Shown in pieces: positions 28,798 to 40,667 of a stretch of DNA of 64,000 nucleotides (position 1 is its first letter; every line of letters begins with the position of its first letter). Source of the stretch: an uncultured Verrucomicrobiae bacterium (lineage in GTDB: Bacteria > Verrucomicrobiota > Verrucomicrobiia > Limisphaerales > Palsa-1400). The stretch covers positions 192,001 to 256,000 of the forward strand of contig CAVPOM010000009.1 of NCBI GenBank assembly GCA_963707025.1, in the 5' to 3' direction. The notes under the pieces were generated by a model. It was not told the origin of the DNA and searched no databases. It saw only the letters and a program-made list of their open reading frames with translations. The translations under genes and the position numbers were made by a program.

Positions 28798-29547
28798 ATG
28801 CAAAAAGATCTGACTGGACGAATCGCCTTGGTGACCGGAGCGGCGCGAGGCATTGGCCGCGCCACCGCCCTGGCCCTGGCCGCGCAGGGCGCGGATGTGG
28901 TGGTGAATTACCAAAATTCCGACGGACCCGCCGATGAGGTCTGCCATCTGGTGCGCGAGCAGGGAGTTCGCGGCAAGGTCTGCAAGGCCAACGTCTCCAA
29001 CGCGGAGGAGGTCAAACGCATGGTCCTGGAAATCAGGACCGAGCTGGGGCCGATCACCATTCTTGTCAACAATGCCGGCATCACCCGGGACCGCTCCTTC
29101 TTGAAGATGACGCGGGCGATGTGGGACGAAGTCCTGGGCGTCAACCTCAACGGCCCCTTCAACACCACCCAGGCGGTGCTGCCCGGCATGGTCGAGGCCG
29201 GCTGGGGCCGCGTCATCAACCTGGCTTCCGTCGTCGGCTTGACCGGCAATTTTGGCCAGGCCAATTACTCCACCACCAAGGGCGGCCTGGTCGCCTTCAC
29301 CATGACCCTGGCGCGCGAAGTGGCCCGCAAAGGCATCACCGCCAACGCCGTCGCCCCTGGCTTCATTGCCACCGACATGACCAAGGATGTGCCGGCCGTG
29401 GCGCTGGACTCGGTCAAAGCCATGACGCCGATGGGCCGCCTGGGAACGCCGGAGGAAGTGGCCGACGCCGTGGTCTTCCTGGCCAGCCCGCGCGCCAGCT
29501 TTATCACCGGCCAGGTCCTCTCCGTCAACGGCGGCATGTATATGTAA
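28798..29547 (+). CDS. phaB: Acetoacetyl-CoA reductase (SDR)
   Basis: TGAARGIG, NNAGITRDRSF.KM, GNFGQANYSTTK, VNGGMYM; PHA cluster context. Confidence 0.85.
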   Translation: MQKDLTGRIALVTGAARGIGRATALALAAQGADVVVNYQNSDGPADEVCHLVREQGVRGKVCKANVSNAEEVKRMVLEIRTELGPITILVNNAGITRDRSFLKMTRAMWDEVLGVNLNGPFNTTQAVLPGMVEAGWGRVINLASVVGLTGNFGQANYSTTKGGLVAFTMTLAREVARKGITANAVAPGFIATDMTKDVPAVALDSVKAMTPMGRLGTPEEVADAVVFLASPRASFITGQVLSVNGGMYM

Positions 29548-29586
29548 CAGCCCGGTTTTGCAAAGGAACACTGGCCAACGCGGACC

Positions 29587-30411
29587 CTAGACCGCCGGGC
29601 GGTATCCCGCATCGGTCCAGAGCGATCCGCTCACCGCTGAATTGGAAATCATGAAACAGATCGCGTCGGCAATTTCCTCCGGCTGGATCAACCGTTTGAG
29701 CGAGGTGAGGGGAATGATGCGCTCGCGAATGATCTCTTCCCCCAACGCCCGCACCATGGGCGTATCGGTATAGCCCGGATGCAAGATGCCACAGCGCACC
29801 CCATGAAAGATCGCCTCCATCATCAAGGTCGCCGCCGCGCCGGCCAGCCCGGCCTTGGCGGCGGCATACCCGATCTGGCCCTTGTTCCCCAGCGTAGAAA
29901 CCGATCCGATGAAAATGACGTTGCCCTGAATTTCCTCTTGCGGCGTCCAGCGGCCCAGTCCGGCCGCCTTGCGGCTGCGGGCGATGGCCGCCACCATCTC
30001 CAACGCCCAATAAACCGGCGCGATCAGGTTGATTTCCGTCAAGGTCCGGAATTTTTCCACGGCATAGACCAGCACTTCCCCGCTCTGCTTGTCCGTCTTG
30101 ACCGCCAGTTCGTCCAGCGTGATGCCGGCCGCCGGCACACAGACGCTGACCAATCCCTGCTGGGCCAATGTTTCGGTATAAACCGCCTTGCGAAAAACGG
30201 CGTCGGTCACGTCGCCACAGAAGGGCAGGGCGACCGTCCCGCCCTGCAACTCGTTGACGGCCTTGCACAGGTCAACCACCCCCTTGGAACGGTCCACCAG
30301 GGCCAGCGCCTTGGCGCGGCGCCGCGCCAGTTCCAGGGCCGTGGCGCGGCCAATGCCGCCGGCGGCTCCTGTGATCAATGCCACTTTGCCTTCGATGTTA
30401 TTCGTGTTCAT
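29587..30411 (-). CDS. SDR oxidoreductase, FabG-like
   Basis: TGAAGGIG, AAGIT.D, GN.GQIGYAAAK, PGYTDT. Confidence 0.85.
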   Translation of the reverse strand: MNTNNIEGKVALITGAAGGIGRATALELARRRAKALALVDRSKGVVDLCKAVNELQGGTVALPFCGDVTDAVFRKAVYTETLAQQGLVSVCVPAAGITLDELAVKTDKQSGEVLVYAVEKFRTLTEINLIAPVYWALEMVAAIARSRKAAGLGRWTPQEEIQGNVIFIGSVSTLGNKGQIGYAAAKAGLAGAAATLMMEAIFHGVRCGILHPGYTDTPMVRALGEEIIRERIIPLTSLKRLIQPEEIADAICFMISNSAVSGSLWTDAGYRPAV

Positions 30412-30490
30412 GACATAAAACAGTTGAGGTTGAGCACAAAATCAGTTCACCGGCATTTTACTCCCGTCCGCCCCGGAGTCAAGGGATTTT

Positions 30491-30620
30491 TTGTGCGTCC
30501 GCACTACGCGGCGCGGCCGGGCGCCGAAAAATCCCTTTTCCCTTGCGAAGAACGGCCAAATGCGCCAGAGTGTCTCCCGGCCCGCCGCTGTGGCGGGACT
30601 GGTTTTGCCAACGCACAATT
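30491..30620. promoter_or_regulatory. PhaR-like boxes between divergent SDR and phaR
   Basis: TTGTGCGTCCGCAC (30491) and TGCCAACGCACAATT (30606): TGC-N4-GCAC. Confidence 0.55.
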
Positions 30621-30628
30621 ATTTAGCC

Positions 30629-31246
30629 ATGAGCACGGACACCCGCACGCCGCCGCAACTGATCGAAATCCGCAAGTACCCCAACCGGCGCTATTACGAC
30701 GCGACCCGCAGCCGGCATCTGACGCTGGAGCAAATCCACGCCTTGATTCGGGAGGGATGCAATGTGCGGGTGGTGGATTCGCAAACCTCGGCCGATATCA
30801 CCGGCAAGGTCCTGACCCAGATCATCCTCGAACTGGACGCGCCCAAGCTGGAGCTTTTTCCCGCCGCCATGCTGACGGAGATGATCCGCGTCAACGACCG
30901 CTTCGTGAAGGGGTTTTTCGAGAGATTCCTCGGCCAGGCCTTCGAGGGTTTCATGGAATACCAACGGCGCCTGGGCATGCAAATGCAGCCGGGGGCGGGC
31001 TGGCCCGACTTCCTCTCACCCTTGGCCGCCTGGACAAACGCCCTGAGCCAGCCCCTTCCCAAGCCGCCGGACCATCCACCGGCCGGGAACCAGCCCGTTG
31101 CCGCCCAGGAGCCCGGCCGGGCCGGTTCGGTCCAGCGCCTGCAGCGGCGCGTGCAGAGCCTGGAACGGAAGCTGGCGGCCAAAACGCGCCGTCCGCGGCG
31201 CCCCTCACCCCGGCCATCCCCGGCCCCGGCCCGGCCCAAAAAATAA
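30629..31246 (+). CDS. phaR: PHA synthesis repressor PhaR
   Basis: IRKYPNRRYYDATRSRHLTLEQI..LIREG..VRVVDSQTSADIT..VLTQIILE. Confidence 0.88.
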   Translation: MSTDTRTPPQLIEIRKYPNRRYYDATRSRHLTLEQIHALIREGCNVRVVDSQTSADITGKVLTQIILELDAPKLELFPAAMLTEMIRVNDRFVKGFFERFLGQAFEGFMEYQRRLGMQMQPGAGWPDFLSPLAAWTNALSQPLPKPPDHPPAGNQPVAAQEPGRAGSVQRLQRRVQSLERKLAAKTRRPRRPSPRPSPAPARPKK

Positions 31247-31397
31247 TTGTGCATTTGCACAATTTTTCCATTGACACCCGGCGGATCCGTGTGCTAACGT
31301 GCTCGCACGGAATCGAAATGCAACCCGGTGTCGCATGGGATTGCCACGGCCGGGACCGGGTGGTGGCACGGGCCGATAACATAGTGCAAACGCACAA
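31245..31397 (+). promoter_or_regulatory. Sigma-70 promoter bracketed by PhaR-like palindromes
   Basis: AATTGTGCATTTGCACAATT (31245-31264), TTGACA (31271)-N18-TAACGT with TG, GTGCAAACGCACAA (31384). Confidence 0.7.
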
Positions 31398-31434
31398 CAA
31401 GTAAGAACCAACAAAAAAAGAAAGGACAGGTATT

Positions 31435-31937
31435 ATGCCAGAGAAATTCAAACCCGCGGGAACAGAGTTGTTCGAACAAGCCCTCAAAAACTACGACCAG
31501 GCCTTCCAAGCCGGCCTGACGGCGCAGGAGGAGGCCATCAAAGGGCTGTTGGACTGCGCCGCCAAAATGCAGGCGCCTGAAGATTGGCAGAAGCGCTGGA
31601 GCGCGACGGTCATGGAAAGCCTGCCGCTGGCCCAGAAGCGAATCGAGGAATCGCTGCAAATGGTCGAACAGTGCAGCCACACCAGCCTGGACTTTCTGAA
31701 ACAGGCCTTTGAGGCCGGCAAAATTGAGTGTGACGATGGCATGCCAACCAAAGTACAGGAGCTTTGGGAAGCCTCCTTGCAGACGCTGCGCACCAACGCC
31801 CCGGCCTTCACCCAATTCAACGCCAAAGCCGTTGAATCCTGGGTGCAGGTACCCTGCAGAAAGCCGTCGAACCCCCCGCCGCCGCCCCCAAAGCCAAGGC
31901 GGCCTGATCGCCAACCCCCAGCCCTGAGGACAAACCC

Positions 31938-31941
<4 letters not shown>
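31435..31941 (+). CDS. Phasin-like helical protein (true end possibly 31907)
   Basis: Amphipathic helical sequence, AAGGA RBS, first gene behind PhaR boxes; alternative frame from ~31848 ends TLQKAVEPPAAAPKAKAA*. Confidence 0.6.
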
Positions 31942-33116
<1,175 letters not shown>

Positions 33117-33128
33117 AGGGGCCGTGTT

Positions 33129-33662
33129 ATGAACCAAAACTCTGATCCAAAACCGGACCAAACCGCCGCTTTCACCAAATTGTGGTCGGACTCCTGCGGG
33201 AGGATCCTGCAGGCGGCCATGTCCTACAGCCCGGAGACAGCGCCGCCGGAGTTGATGCGGCAAATTCGATCCGGCCTGATGCAGGCCTTGTCGCAATCCT
33301 GGGAGGAATTCTTGCGCTCCCCGCAGTTCCTGGAAGGGATGAAACAGATGATGGACCAGGCGGCTGCTTTTCAGAAATTCAGCGCCGGTTTTCTGACCAA
33401 GGCGCGCCATGCCACCGAAGGGGTGGCGCACGATGACGTGGAAGGACTTCGCACCGCGCTGGGCCAGTTGGAAAGCCGGCTGGCCCGCCAGATGGACGCC
33501 CTGTCCGGTCAGATCAGCCCATTGGCCAAAGCTCTGGAACGACTCAGCCCAGCCTCTCTCCAGCCAGGCCCGACTCCGCCGGCGCCCGTGCGCCAACCAA
33601 AGTCGCCGTCCAAAAAGCCGGCCGGCAGCGGACGATCGGTCCGGCGAAAGGGGCAAATTTAA
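33129..33662 (+). CDS. PhaE-like subunit of class III PHA synthase
   Basis: WEEFLRSPQF, coiled-coil C-terminal half, directly before phaC. Confidence 0.6.
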   Translation: MNQNSDPKPDQTAAFTKLWSDSCGRILQAAMSYSPETAPPELMRQIRSGLMQALSQSWEEFLRSPQFLEGMKQMMDQAAAFQKFSAGFLTKARHATEGVAHDDVEGLRTALGQLESRLARQMDALSGQISPLAKALERLSPASLQPGPTPPAPVRQPKSPSKKPAGSGRSVRRKGQI

Positions 33663-33677
33663 GAAAGGAGCAACGCC

Positions 33678-34769
33678 ATGCCCGCAAGTCAGCAACTGGC
33701 AAGTCCGTGGGTGCAATGGCAGCAGGCCGTTATGGCCGGGCAGTTCCGACAATTGCGGCGGCTTTCACGCCTGCCATTTCTCATGGAGAAAGCCGCCCGC
33801 ATCAAAAAAGGCGCGACGCCCTCGGACGTGGTTTACCAGGAAGGGCGCTTAAGCCTGCTTCATTATCGCGGGAGCGCGCCCGCGCGCCACCGCACACCCG
33901 TGGTGTTTGTTTTCGCATTGGTCAATCGCCCGTACATCCTCGACCTCAGGACGGGACGGAGCGTGGTGAGCCATTTTGTCCAGGCCGGATTTGACACCTA
34001 TTTGATTGATTGGGGCGAGCCGCGCCGGGCAGATCAAAACCGCACCCTGGATGATTGCGTCAACGGGTCGCTGGGGAATGTGGCGGACTTTCTGCGCGAA
34101 CGCTGCGCCGCGCCGCAAGTCAACCTTCTGGGCTACTGCATGGGCGGGACGCTCAGCGCCATGTTCACGGCGCTGCATCCCGACAAAGTTAAAAACCTGA
34201 TGCTGCTGGCGGCGGGCATTGACTTCGCCACCCGGGAAGGCCTGCTGAACCTCTGGACCGATGCCCAGTACTTTGATGTGGACAAATTCATTGACGCCTT
34301 TGGCAATTGCCCGGCCGAATTTCTGCAATCCTCCTTCCTCATGCTCAAGCCGGTGCAAAATCTGCTGGAGAAGCCGCTTAATTTCATCGAGAATTTCGAC
34401 AACGATGATTTTGTCGAGGACTTTCTGACCATGGAAACCTGGTTGAACGACAACATCGCCGTGCCGGGCGAAATCTTTCGTGATTTTGTCAAGTATTTGT
34501 ATCAGCAAAACCTCCTCGTCCAGGGACGGATGCCGGTGGGCGCGCGCACGGTTGATCTGCGGCGCATCACCTGTCCGGTGATGAACATCATGGCGCGGAA
34601 CGACGATTTGGTGCCTTGCGCCCAGAGCGCGCCGTTCAACGACCTGGTGGGTTCCACCGATCGCAGCTCCATTATGTTGTCAGCCGGCCACATCGGGCTG
34701 GCCGTCGGTTCCAAGGCCCAGCGCGAGGTCTGGCCGCAAGTGGTCAAATGGCTGGCCGAGCGGTGCTGA
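33678..34769 (+). CDS. phaC: Class III PHA synthase PhaC
   Basis: ALVNRPYILDL, IDWG, lipase box GYCMGG, DDLVP (Asp), GHIG (His); 363 aa. Confidence 0.9.
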   Translation: MPASQQLASPWVQWQQAVMAGQFRQLRRLSRLPFLMEKAARIKKGATPSDVVYQEGRLSLLHYRGSAPARHRTPVVFVFALVNRPYILDLRTGRSVVSHFVQAGFDTYLIDWGEPRRADQNRTLDDCVNGSLGNVADFLRERCAAPQVNLLGYCMGGTLSAMFTALHPDKVKNLMLLAAGIDFATREGLLNLWTDAQYFDVDKFIDAFGNCPAEFLQSSFLMLKPVQNLLEKPLNFIENFDNDDFVEDFLTMETWLNDNIAVPGEIFRDFVKYLYQQNLLVQGRMPVGARTVDLRRITCPVMNIMARNDDLVPCAQSAPFNDLVGSTDRSSIMLSAGHIGLAVGSKAQREVWPQVVKWLAERC

Positions 34770-35105
34770 CAGCGTCAAGATTGACAGATCCAAGCCGGCG
34801 CCCGTATCCCGCCGGAGAATTCCCGGCATGGTTGCAGCCATGCCGCGAGCGCGGGGCAGATCCACTGGAAGGGTTACGACGGTTCCACTTGGCCCGATGC
34901 TAATAGCAGCAGGCATCGCGGCAGGAACAATTGTGGCGATTTCATTCATAAACAGCCGGAAACACGGTCAGGTCAAGAAATTCGAGAGAAAAAGCGGCGA
35001 TGATAATTTCTATGTTCAAGGATTTGGTGGCGAGTATCTGTACGGCGGCCAAGGGAGAGGGAGAAAACGCGGGAGGTTTCCCTTGCCAGCCGTGCCTTTC
35101 CCCAT

Positions 35106-36164
35106 TCACCCCAGCCACTCCGGATTATGGGTCGTGCCATCAAAGGTGGTGGTGGTCTTGAACGATTCATACTGCCCGTTGCCCGCCGCCTCTTTGGTGC
35201 GCGCCAGCAACGCCGCCACCGCCTCGGCGTCGAGCGGCTTGAAAGTGCGGCCCGCTTCCAGGGCCTGGTCCAGCAGCGTCAGGCTGTCGCACCCGGTGAT
35301 GACAGTGGAAGTCGGCAGGTTCATGGCGTAGTGCAGGCATTCGATGGCGGTGGCGGCGCCGCTGCGCACAATGGCCCCAAACGCGAGCGGCTTCATTCCC
35401 AGCACGCCGGTCTGCTCCTTCACCAGCCGGGGCACGACGTTCTTCTCGAAGCTGCGGAAATGCGCGTCCATCACATTCAACGGCATCTGAGCCGCGTCAA
35501 AATGAAATTGGTGCTCCGCCGCCGCGTCCAGCATCTTGAGGTGAATGGACGGGTCCTTGTGCCCGGTAAAGCCGAGGAAGCGGATTTTGCCCGCCTTTTG
35601 CGCCGCCACGGCCGCTTCCATGCCGCCGCCGGCGGCAAAAATCCTGGCCGGGTCCTCCAGGCGGATGATTTCGTGAAACTGCACCAGATCAATCCGGTCG
35701 GTCTGGAGGCGTTGCAGCGATTCTTCGATTTGCCGGGCCGCCGCCGCCTTGGTGCGACCGTCTATTTTGGTCATGAGGAAGGCCTTGGCGCGGTAGCCGT
35801 CGCGCAGCGCCTGGCCCATCCTGGTTTCGCTGGTTCCCCCGTTGTAATCCCAGCAGTTGTCAAGAAAAGTGATGCCGTTGTCAATGGCGGTGCGGATGAG
35901 GCGGACGCTTTCCTGCCCGGTCAATGCGCCCGTGCCGATGTGCCAGCCGCCCAGGCCGATGGCGGAAACCTTCTCCCCGGTGCGGCCGAGCGCGCGGGTG
36001 GGGATGGCGCCTGGCGCAGCCGCGCTCCAGGCGGTGGAGCCGACGCCGGCCGCCACGCCGCCGGCCACCGCCAGCTTGACAAATTCGCGCCGCGTCACCC
36101 CATCCTGTTGTCTGGCAAAGAAGCCGCCGGGCAAGCCTTTTTGAACAGGCTCGTGATACTTCAT
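35106..36164 (-). CDS. Aldo/keto reductase with Tat-like signal
   Basis: TRREFVK, GLGGWHIG, FLDNCWDY, FLMTK, LQTDRIDLVQFH, GFTGH. Confidence 0.9.
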   Translation of the reverse strand: MKYHEPVQKGLPGGFFARQQDGVTRREFVKLAVAGGVAAGVGSTAWSAAAPGAIPTRALGRTGEKVSAIGLGGWHIGTGALTGQESVRLIRTAIDNGITFLDNCWDYNGGTSETRMGQALRDGYRAKAFLMTKIDGRTKAAAARQIEESLQRLQTDRIDLVQFHEIIRLEDPARIFAAGGGMEAAVAAQKAGKIRFLGFTGHKDPSIHLKMLDAAAEHQFHFDAAQMPLNVMDAHFRSFEKNVVPRLVKEQTGVLGMKPLAFGAIVRSGAATAIECLHYAMNLPTSTVITGCDSLTLLDQALEAGRTFKPLDAEAVAALLARTKEAAGNGQYESFKTTTTFDGTTHNPEWLG

Positions 36165-36278
36165 ATCGCTTCTCATAAGGCTGGTTTTCCAAACCATAAG
36201 CTTCCCGCCCCGCCGCCGCAAAGCTTAATCAGACTCAAACTTGCCCGCCCGCGGGCCGCATGGCACGTTTCTCCCGAC

Positions 36279-37433
36279 ATGCGATTTGAATTTGCCACCG
36301 CCCAACGCATCATCTTCGGAGTGCAGACGGTGAACCAGGCCGGGCGCCTGGCCGGGGAATTGGGGCGTCATGCCCTGATCGCGGCCGGCCGGGACACCCG
36401 CCGGGCGGCCCCGCTGCTGCAACGGATGCAGGAGTCCGGCGTCGGCGCGACGGTTTTTTCCATTGCCGGCGAACCTGATCTGGAAACCGTCCGCCGCGGA
36501 ACGGCCCTGGCACGGCAGGAACATTGCGACCTGGTGGTCGGCTTTGGCGGCGGCAGCGTTCTGGACGCCGGCAAAGCCATCGCCGCCATGATGAGCAACG
36601 GGGGCGATCTTCTGGACTACATCGAAATCATCGGGCGCGGGCGAACGCTGCCCAAACCGTCCGCCCCGTTCCTGGCCATTCCCACCACAGCCGGCACGGG
36701 TTCCGAAGTCACCCGCAATGCCGTCCTGGCGTCCCCGGAGCATCGGGTCAAGGTCAGCCTGCGCAGTCCGTTTCTTCTGCCGTGCCTGGCGCTGGTGGAT
36801 GCGGAGTTGAGCCGCGATCTGCCTCCCGCCCTGACGGCCAGCACCGGCCTGGATGCGCTGACGCAACTGATCGAACCCTACGTCTGCGTGCGCGCCAACC
36901 CCATGACCGATGCGCTGTGCGAAGAAGGAATGCGCCGCATCGCCCGCTCGTTGCGCGCCGCCGTGGCCAAGGGCGGCGACGGCTCCGCGCGCGAGGACAT
37001 GGCCCTGGCCAGCTTATTTGGCGGCCTGGCCCTGGCCAATGCCGGACTGGGCGCGGTTCATGGCTTGGCCGGGCCGATTGGGGGAATGTTCCCCGCGCCC
37101 CACGGGGCGGTCTGTGCCGCGCTGCTGCCGCATGCCATGCAGGCCAACGTGCGCGCCCTGCGCCTCCGTCAGCCCGGCAGCCCGGCCCTGGCCCGTTACG
37201 AAACCGTGGCGCGCCTCCTCACCGGCAAGCCCCAGGCCGGAGCGGACCAGGGGGTGGATTGGGTGCGCTCGTTGGTGGCCGATCTGCCCATCTCCGGCCT
37301 GGGCCATTACGGAATCAAAAAGGAACACCGCGCCGAACTGGCCGCCAAAGCCGCCCAAGCCAGCAGCATGAAAGCCAACCCCATCGTCTTGACGCCCGCC
37401 GAACTCAGCGCCCTCCTGGAAGAAGCGTTGTGA
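36279..37433 (+). CDS. Iron-containing alcohol dehydrogenase
   Basis: GGGSVLDAGK, IPTTAGTGSEVT, GLGAVHG, PHG. Confidence 0.92.
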   Translation: MRFEFATAQRIIFGVQTVNQAGRLAGELGRHALIAAGRDTRRAAPLLQRMQESGVGATVFSIAGEPDLETVRRGTALARQEHCDLVVGFGGGSVLDAGKAIAAMMSNGGDLLDYIEIIGRGRTLPKPSAPFLAIPTTAGTGSEVTRNAVLASPEHRVKVSLRSPFLLPCLALVDAELSRDLPPALTASTGLDALTQLIEPYVCVRANPMTDALCEEGMRRIARSLRAAVAKGGDGSAREDMALASLFGGLALANAGLGAVHGLAGPIGGMFPAPHGAVCAALLPHAMQANVRALRLRQPGSPALARYETVARLLTGKPQAGADQGVDWVRSLVADLPISGLGHYGIKKEHRAELAAKAAQASSMKANPIVLTPAELSALLEEAL

Positions 37434-37464
37434 ACCGTTCTTGTGCATATAAGATGTGGGAGAC

Positions 37465-37728
37465 ATGGACAGATTAACGGTTTTCGGATTGTTCGCGGTG
37501 ACGGCGATGCTGGTTTTTTACGCGCTGGAGGCGCGCAGCCGGTGGTTCATCCTGGCTTTTGCGGTGGCTTGTGTCCTCGGGTCCATTTACGGATTTCTGC
37601 AGGGAGCGTGGCCGTTCGGAGTCGTGGAAGCCATTTGGTCTGGTGTTGCCGTGCGACGCTGGTGGTTGGCCGCTCAACCCAAATCGCCTCAGGCCAAATC
37701 CGGCGGCCCGCCATCATGTTCAACTTAA
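37465..37728 (+). CDS. Small membrane protein
   Basis: Three hydrophobic segments, YGFLQGAWPFGVVEAIW; GGGAG RBS. Confidence 0.75.
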   Translation: MDRLTVFGLFAVTAMLVFYALEARSRWFILAFAVACVLGSIYGFLQGAWPFGVVEAIWSGVAVRRWWLAAQPKSPQAKSGGPPSCST

Positions 37729-37791
37729 AAGGACACGCCTCCCTTTCCCGCGCTTGACAGAATGGCCCTGCTGCCCCGTAATGACCACCCA

Positions 37792-40653
37792 ATGACCACG
37801 CCCAAGCTTCCGACCGCCTTGCGGCTGTTGCCGGCGCTTTGTTGTGCCGCGCCGCTGATCGCCCTCCACGCCGCGTCAGGTGTGGTGGATAAAGGTTCGC
37901 TGCGCTTCTCCTACGATGAGCGCGGCATCGCCGGGCTGGGCAGCAAGGATGACCCTTTCGGCGCCGAGGTGACTTCGCCAGAGCAACCGCTGGCCCTCAC
38001 GGTGCATTACAAAACGGCGGGCGGCGATTGGATCACGAACCGAAACCGTTTCCAGCTCATCGTCTCCCCGGAAACCAACACGCTCAAATATACCCTCTCC
38101 GACTCCAACAGCCCCCTGCGGATCGTGCAGACGTTCAGCACCGACGGCGCGACGCTGGATTGGAACATTGACCTGGAAAATCCAAGCAACGGCGCGCTGA
38201 CCATTGGCGATCTGGCCATCAACATTCCCTCCGTCGGGCCAACGGGCGAGAATCCCCAACAGATTTTCGAGCACGGCTTCATCAAGCATCAATTCATCTC
38301 CGGCCACGGCTCGTTCCTTTACTTTGTGCGCGCCTCGGGCGCGGGACCGTTCCTCATCGTCACCGTCCGGCCCGGCACAAAATTGGAATACTTTGGAGGC
38401 GGGGGCGGACGCGGAGGCGGCGGGGCGGTTTATATTCACTCCGCCCTTACCGCCAACAACGAAAAACGCGGCACCTGGCGCCAGCCCAACACCTGGCTCA
38501 CCCTCGGGGCGGCGGGCGCCGGGAACAGCCAGGCCCATTACGCCTTCCGCCTCCAGTTCGCCAAAACTTACGATGCCATGCGTGAAGTCCTCTTCCGGGA
38601 AGGACTTTTTGACATCCGCGCCGTCCCCGGCATGACGGTTCCCATTGACCTGCCCGCCCGTTTTGCCCTGCGCACCCGGGCCAGCATTGAGGCCATCGAG
38701 TCCGAATTCCCCGCCGCCACCAAAATCAGTCGCCTGCCCGACCCGCAACGGAACACTTGCCTTTTCGCGGTCTCCTTCCAACGGCTTGGTGAAAACAGGC
38801 TCACGATCGTCCACGATGGCGGCCGCAAAACCTATCTGGAATACTTCGTCACCGAACCTCTGGAAACCCTCATCAAAAAGCGCAGCGCCTTCATCATCGG
38901 CCGCCAGCAAATCCACGATCCCTCCAATTGGTGGGACGGCGTTTTCGGGCCTTACGACATGAAGGCAAAAGTCGTGCGCACCATCAACGACCCGGATATT
39001 TTCGTCAAACGCATGGTGTACAATCTCACCTGCGATGATCCGGGCCTGTGCAAAGCGCCCTACGTCGCCGAGAAAAACGTCAGCTTTCCCGAGGCAAAGG
39101 AAATCCAGGGACTGGAATACTACCTGGAGCATTTCGTCTGGGGCAAACTGCAGCGCACCGGCGGGGAAAGGCCCTATCCCTACGGCGTCTATGGCACGCC
39201 GAATTGGTACACGGACCGCGATCCGGCCCGGCGCAAGGCCTGGTATGAGAGCTTGCAGGACCCCAAGGGCCTGGCCGATCTGAGCAAGGAACACGTCTGG
39301 CGCTCCTACGACTATCCCCACCTCGTCATGCTCTACTACCACCTCTACGAGATCGCCACAAAATATCCCAAAATGTCCCGTTACCTCGACGCCGCCGGCT
39401 ATCTGGACCGCGCCTGGCAAACCGCCCGCGCCTTTTTCACCTATCCCATGCAGATTTATCCCGAATACTACGAAACCTACAAATGGGGACTCTACAACGA
39501 ACTGGTCGTCCTCAAACTGGCCGACGCCCTGGAGCGCGAAGGCTTCCCCGACCGCGCCTCCTGGCTCCGGGCCGAGTGGGAAAAGAAAGTCAAGTATTTT
39601 GTCTATGACGACCCGTATCCCTTCCGCTCCGAATACGCCTTCGACCGCACCGCCTTCGAGTCCAGCTACGCCTTGGCCAAATACGGCGCCACCCACGACA
39701 TGCCGCCCGACACCAATCTTTGGTTCGATCCCAAACTGAAGAAGTGGTACTCCCATCCTTCGGTCAAAGCGGAGGATTCGCGCGCCTTTATGGACCGCCA
39801 GTTGGCGGCGGGACTTTGCGTGCGCGGCTGGCTGGAGGCCAGCTACTATCAGCTCGGCGCGGACGGGGGCGTCAGCTACATGGCCGCCATGGGCGGCTGG
39901 GGCATTCTTGACTACGCCCTGGATTTTGCGCCCAAACCGGCCGACTGGCTCCAACTGGGCTACGCTTCCTATCTCAGTTCGTGGTGCCTGATGAACAGCG
40001 GCCCCGCGCGAAACAACTACGGTTTCTGGTTCCCCGGCCAGGAAAACGACGGCGCGGCCGGCTGGCAATTCATCTCCGCCAAAGCCGGCAGCGCCTGGAT
40101 GTATTCCAGCTACTCCACCAACCGCTTCAACCCCATTCTGGAACCGCGCGGCCCGTGGCATTACGACGGCGAAATTGACCTCGGCTTCGGCGGCGCCTTG
40201 CGCAGCGCGGCCACCATCGTCACCTGTGATCCTGTCTTCGGCTGGTTTGCCTACGGCGGCGTCCTCTCCGCCCATGGCCAACATCTTTCCGTCATCCCCC
40301 GCGACGGTTTGCGTCAGCGCTTCGACGCCATCCTGCCGTCTTCCCCGGACGACTCCGCCAGCATCCGCCGCTGCAAGATGGCCCTTGACCGCGATGGTTT
40401 CGCCGCCGAAAAACCGGTCCTCCTGGACACCGCGCTCGACAACATCGCCTTCACCCTGGAAAACCGCACCAAGGACAAACACACCACGCGCCTGCTGCTC
40501 TCCTTCCCCGCCGGCGCGCCCTATGAGGTTACCCAGGACGGCCAGCGCCGCGCGCTCCACCACTGGGCCGACTGGGATTACCCGTGGTCCGCCGAATTGC
40601 AGGCGGGCCCCGGCTTGTCCAAAATCAAGATCACCCGCCTCCGCCCGCGTTGA
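37792..40653 (+). CDS. Secreted DUF5695-like putative glycoside hydrolase
   Basis: Signal peptide; WRSYDYPH, PYPFRSEYAFDRTAFES, YDGEIDLGFGG. Confidence 0.75.
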   Translation: MTTPKLPTALRLLPALCCAAPLIALHAASGVVDKGSLRFSYDERGIAGLGSKDDPFGAEVTSPEQPLALTVHYKTAGGDWITNRNRFQLIVSPETNTLKYTLSDSNSPLRIVQTFSTDGATLDWNIDLENPSNGALTIGDLAINIPSVGPTGENPQQIFEHGFIKHQFISGHGSFLYFVRASGAGPFLIVTVRPGTKLEYFGGGGGRGGGGAVYIHSALTANNEKRGTWRQPNTWLTLGAAGAGNSQAHYAFRLQFAKTYDAMREVLFREGLFDIRAVPGMTVPIDLPARFALRTRASIEAIESEFPAATKISRLPDPQRNTCLFAVSFQRLGENRLTIVHDGGRKTYLEYFVTEPLETLIKKRSAFIIGRQQIHDPSNWWDGVFGPYDMKAKVVRTINDPDIFVKRMVYNLTCDDPGLCKAPYVAEKNVSFPEAKEIQGLEYYLEHFVWGKLQRTGGERPYPYGVYGTPNWYTDRDPARRKAWYESLQDPKGLADLSKEHVWRSYDYPHLVMLYYHLYEIATKYPKMSRYLDAAGYLDRAWQTARAFFTYPMQIYPEYYETYKWGLYNELVVLKLADALEREGFPDRASWLRAEWEKKVKYFVYDDPYPFRSEYAFDRTAFESSYALAKYGATHDMPPDTNLWFDPKLKKWYSHPSVKAEDSRAFMDRQLAAGLCVRGWLEASYYQLGADGGVSYMAAMGGWGILDYALDFAPKPADWLQLGYASYLSSWCLMNSGPARNNYGFWFPGQENDGAAGWQFISAKAGSAWMYSSYSTNRFNPILEPRGPWHYDGEIDLGFGGALRSAATIVTCDPVFGWFAYGGVLSAHGQHLSVIPRDGLRQRFDAILPSSPDDSASIRRCKMALDRDGFAAEKPVLLDTALDNIAFTLENRTKDKHTTRLLLSFPAGAPYEVTQDGQRRALHHWADWDYPWSAELQAGPGLSKIKITRLRPR

Positions 40654-40667
40654 GGCGGATTTAATTT

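Noticed and set aside
35127..36278. 384-aa N-terminal extension on the iron alcohol dehydrogenase
   Set aside because: It is the antisense of the aldo/keto reductase; homology starts at MRFEF (36279)
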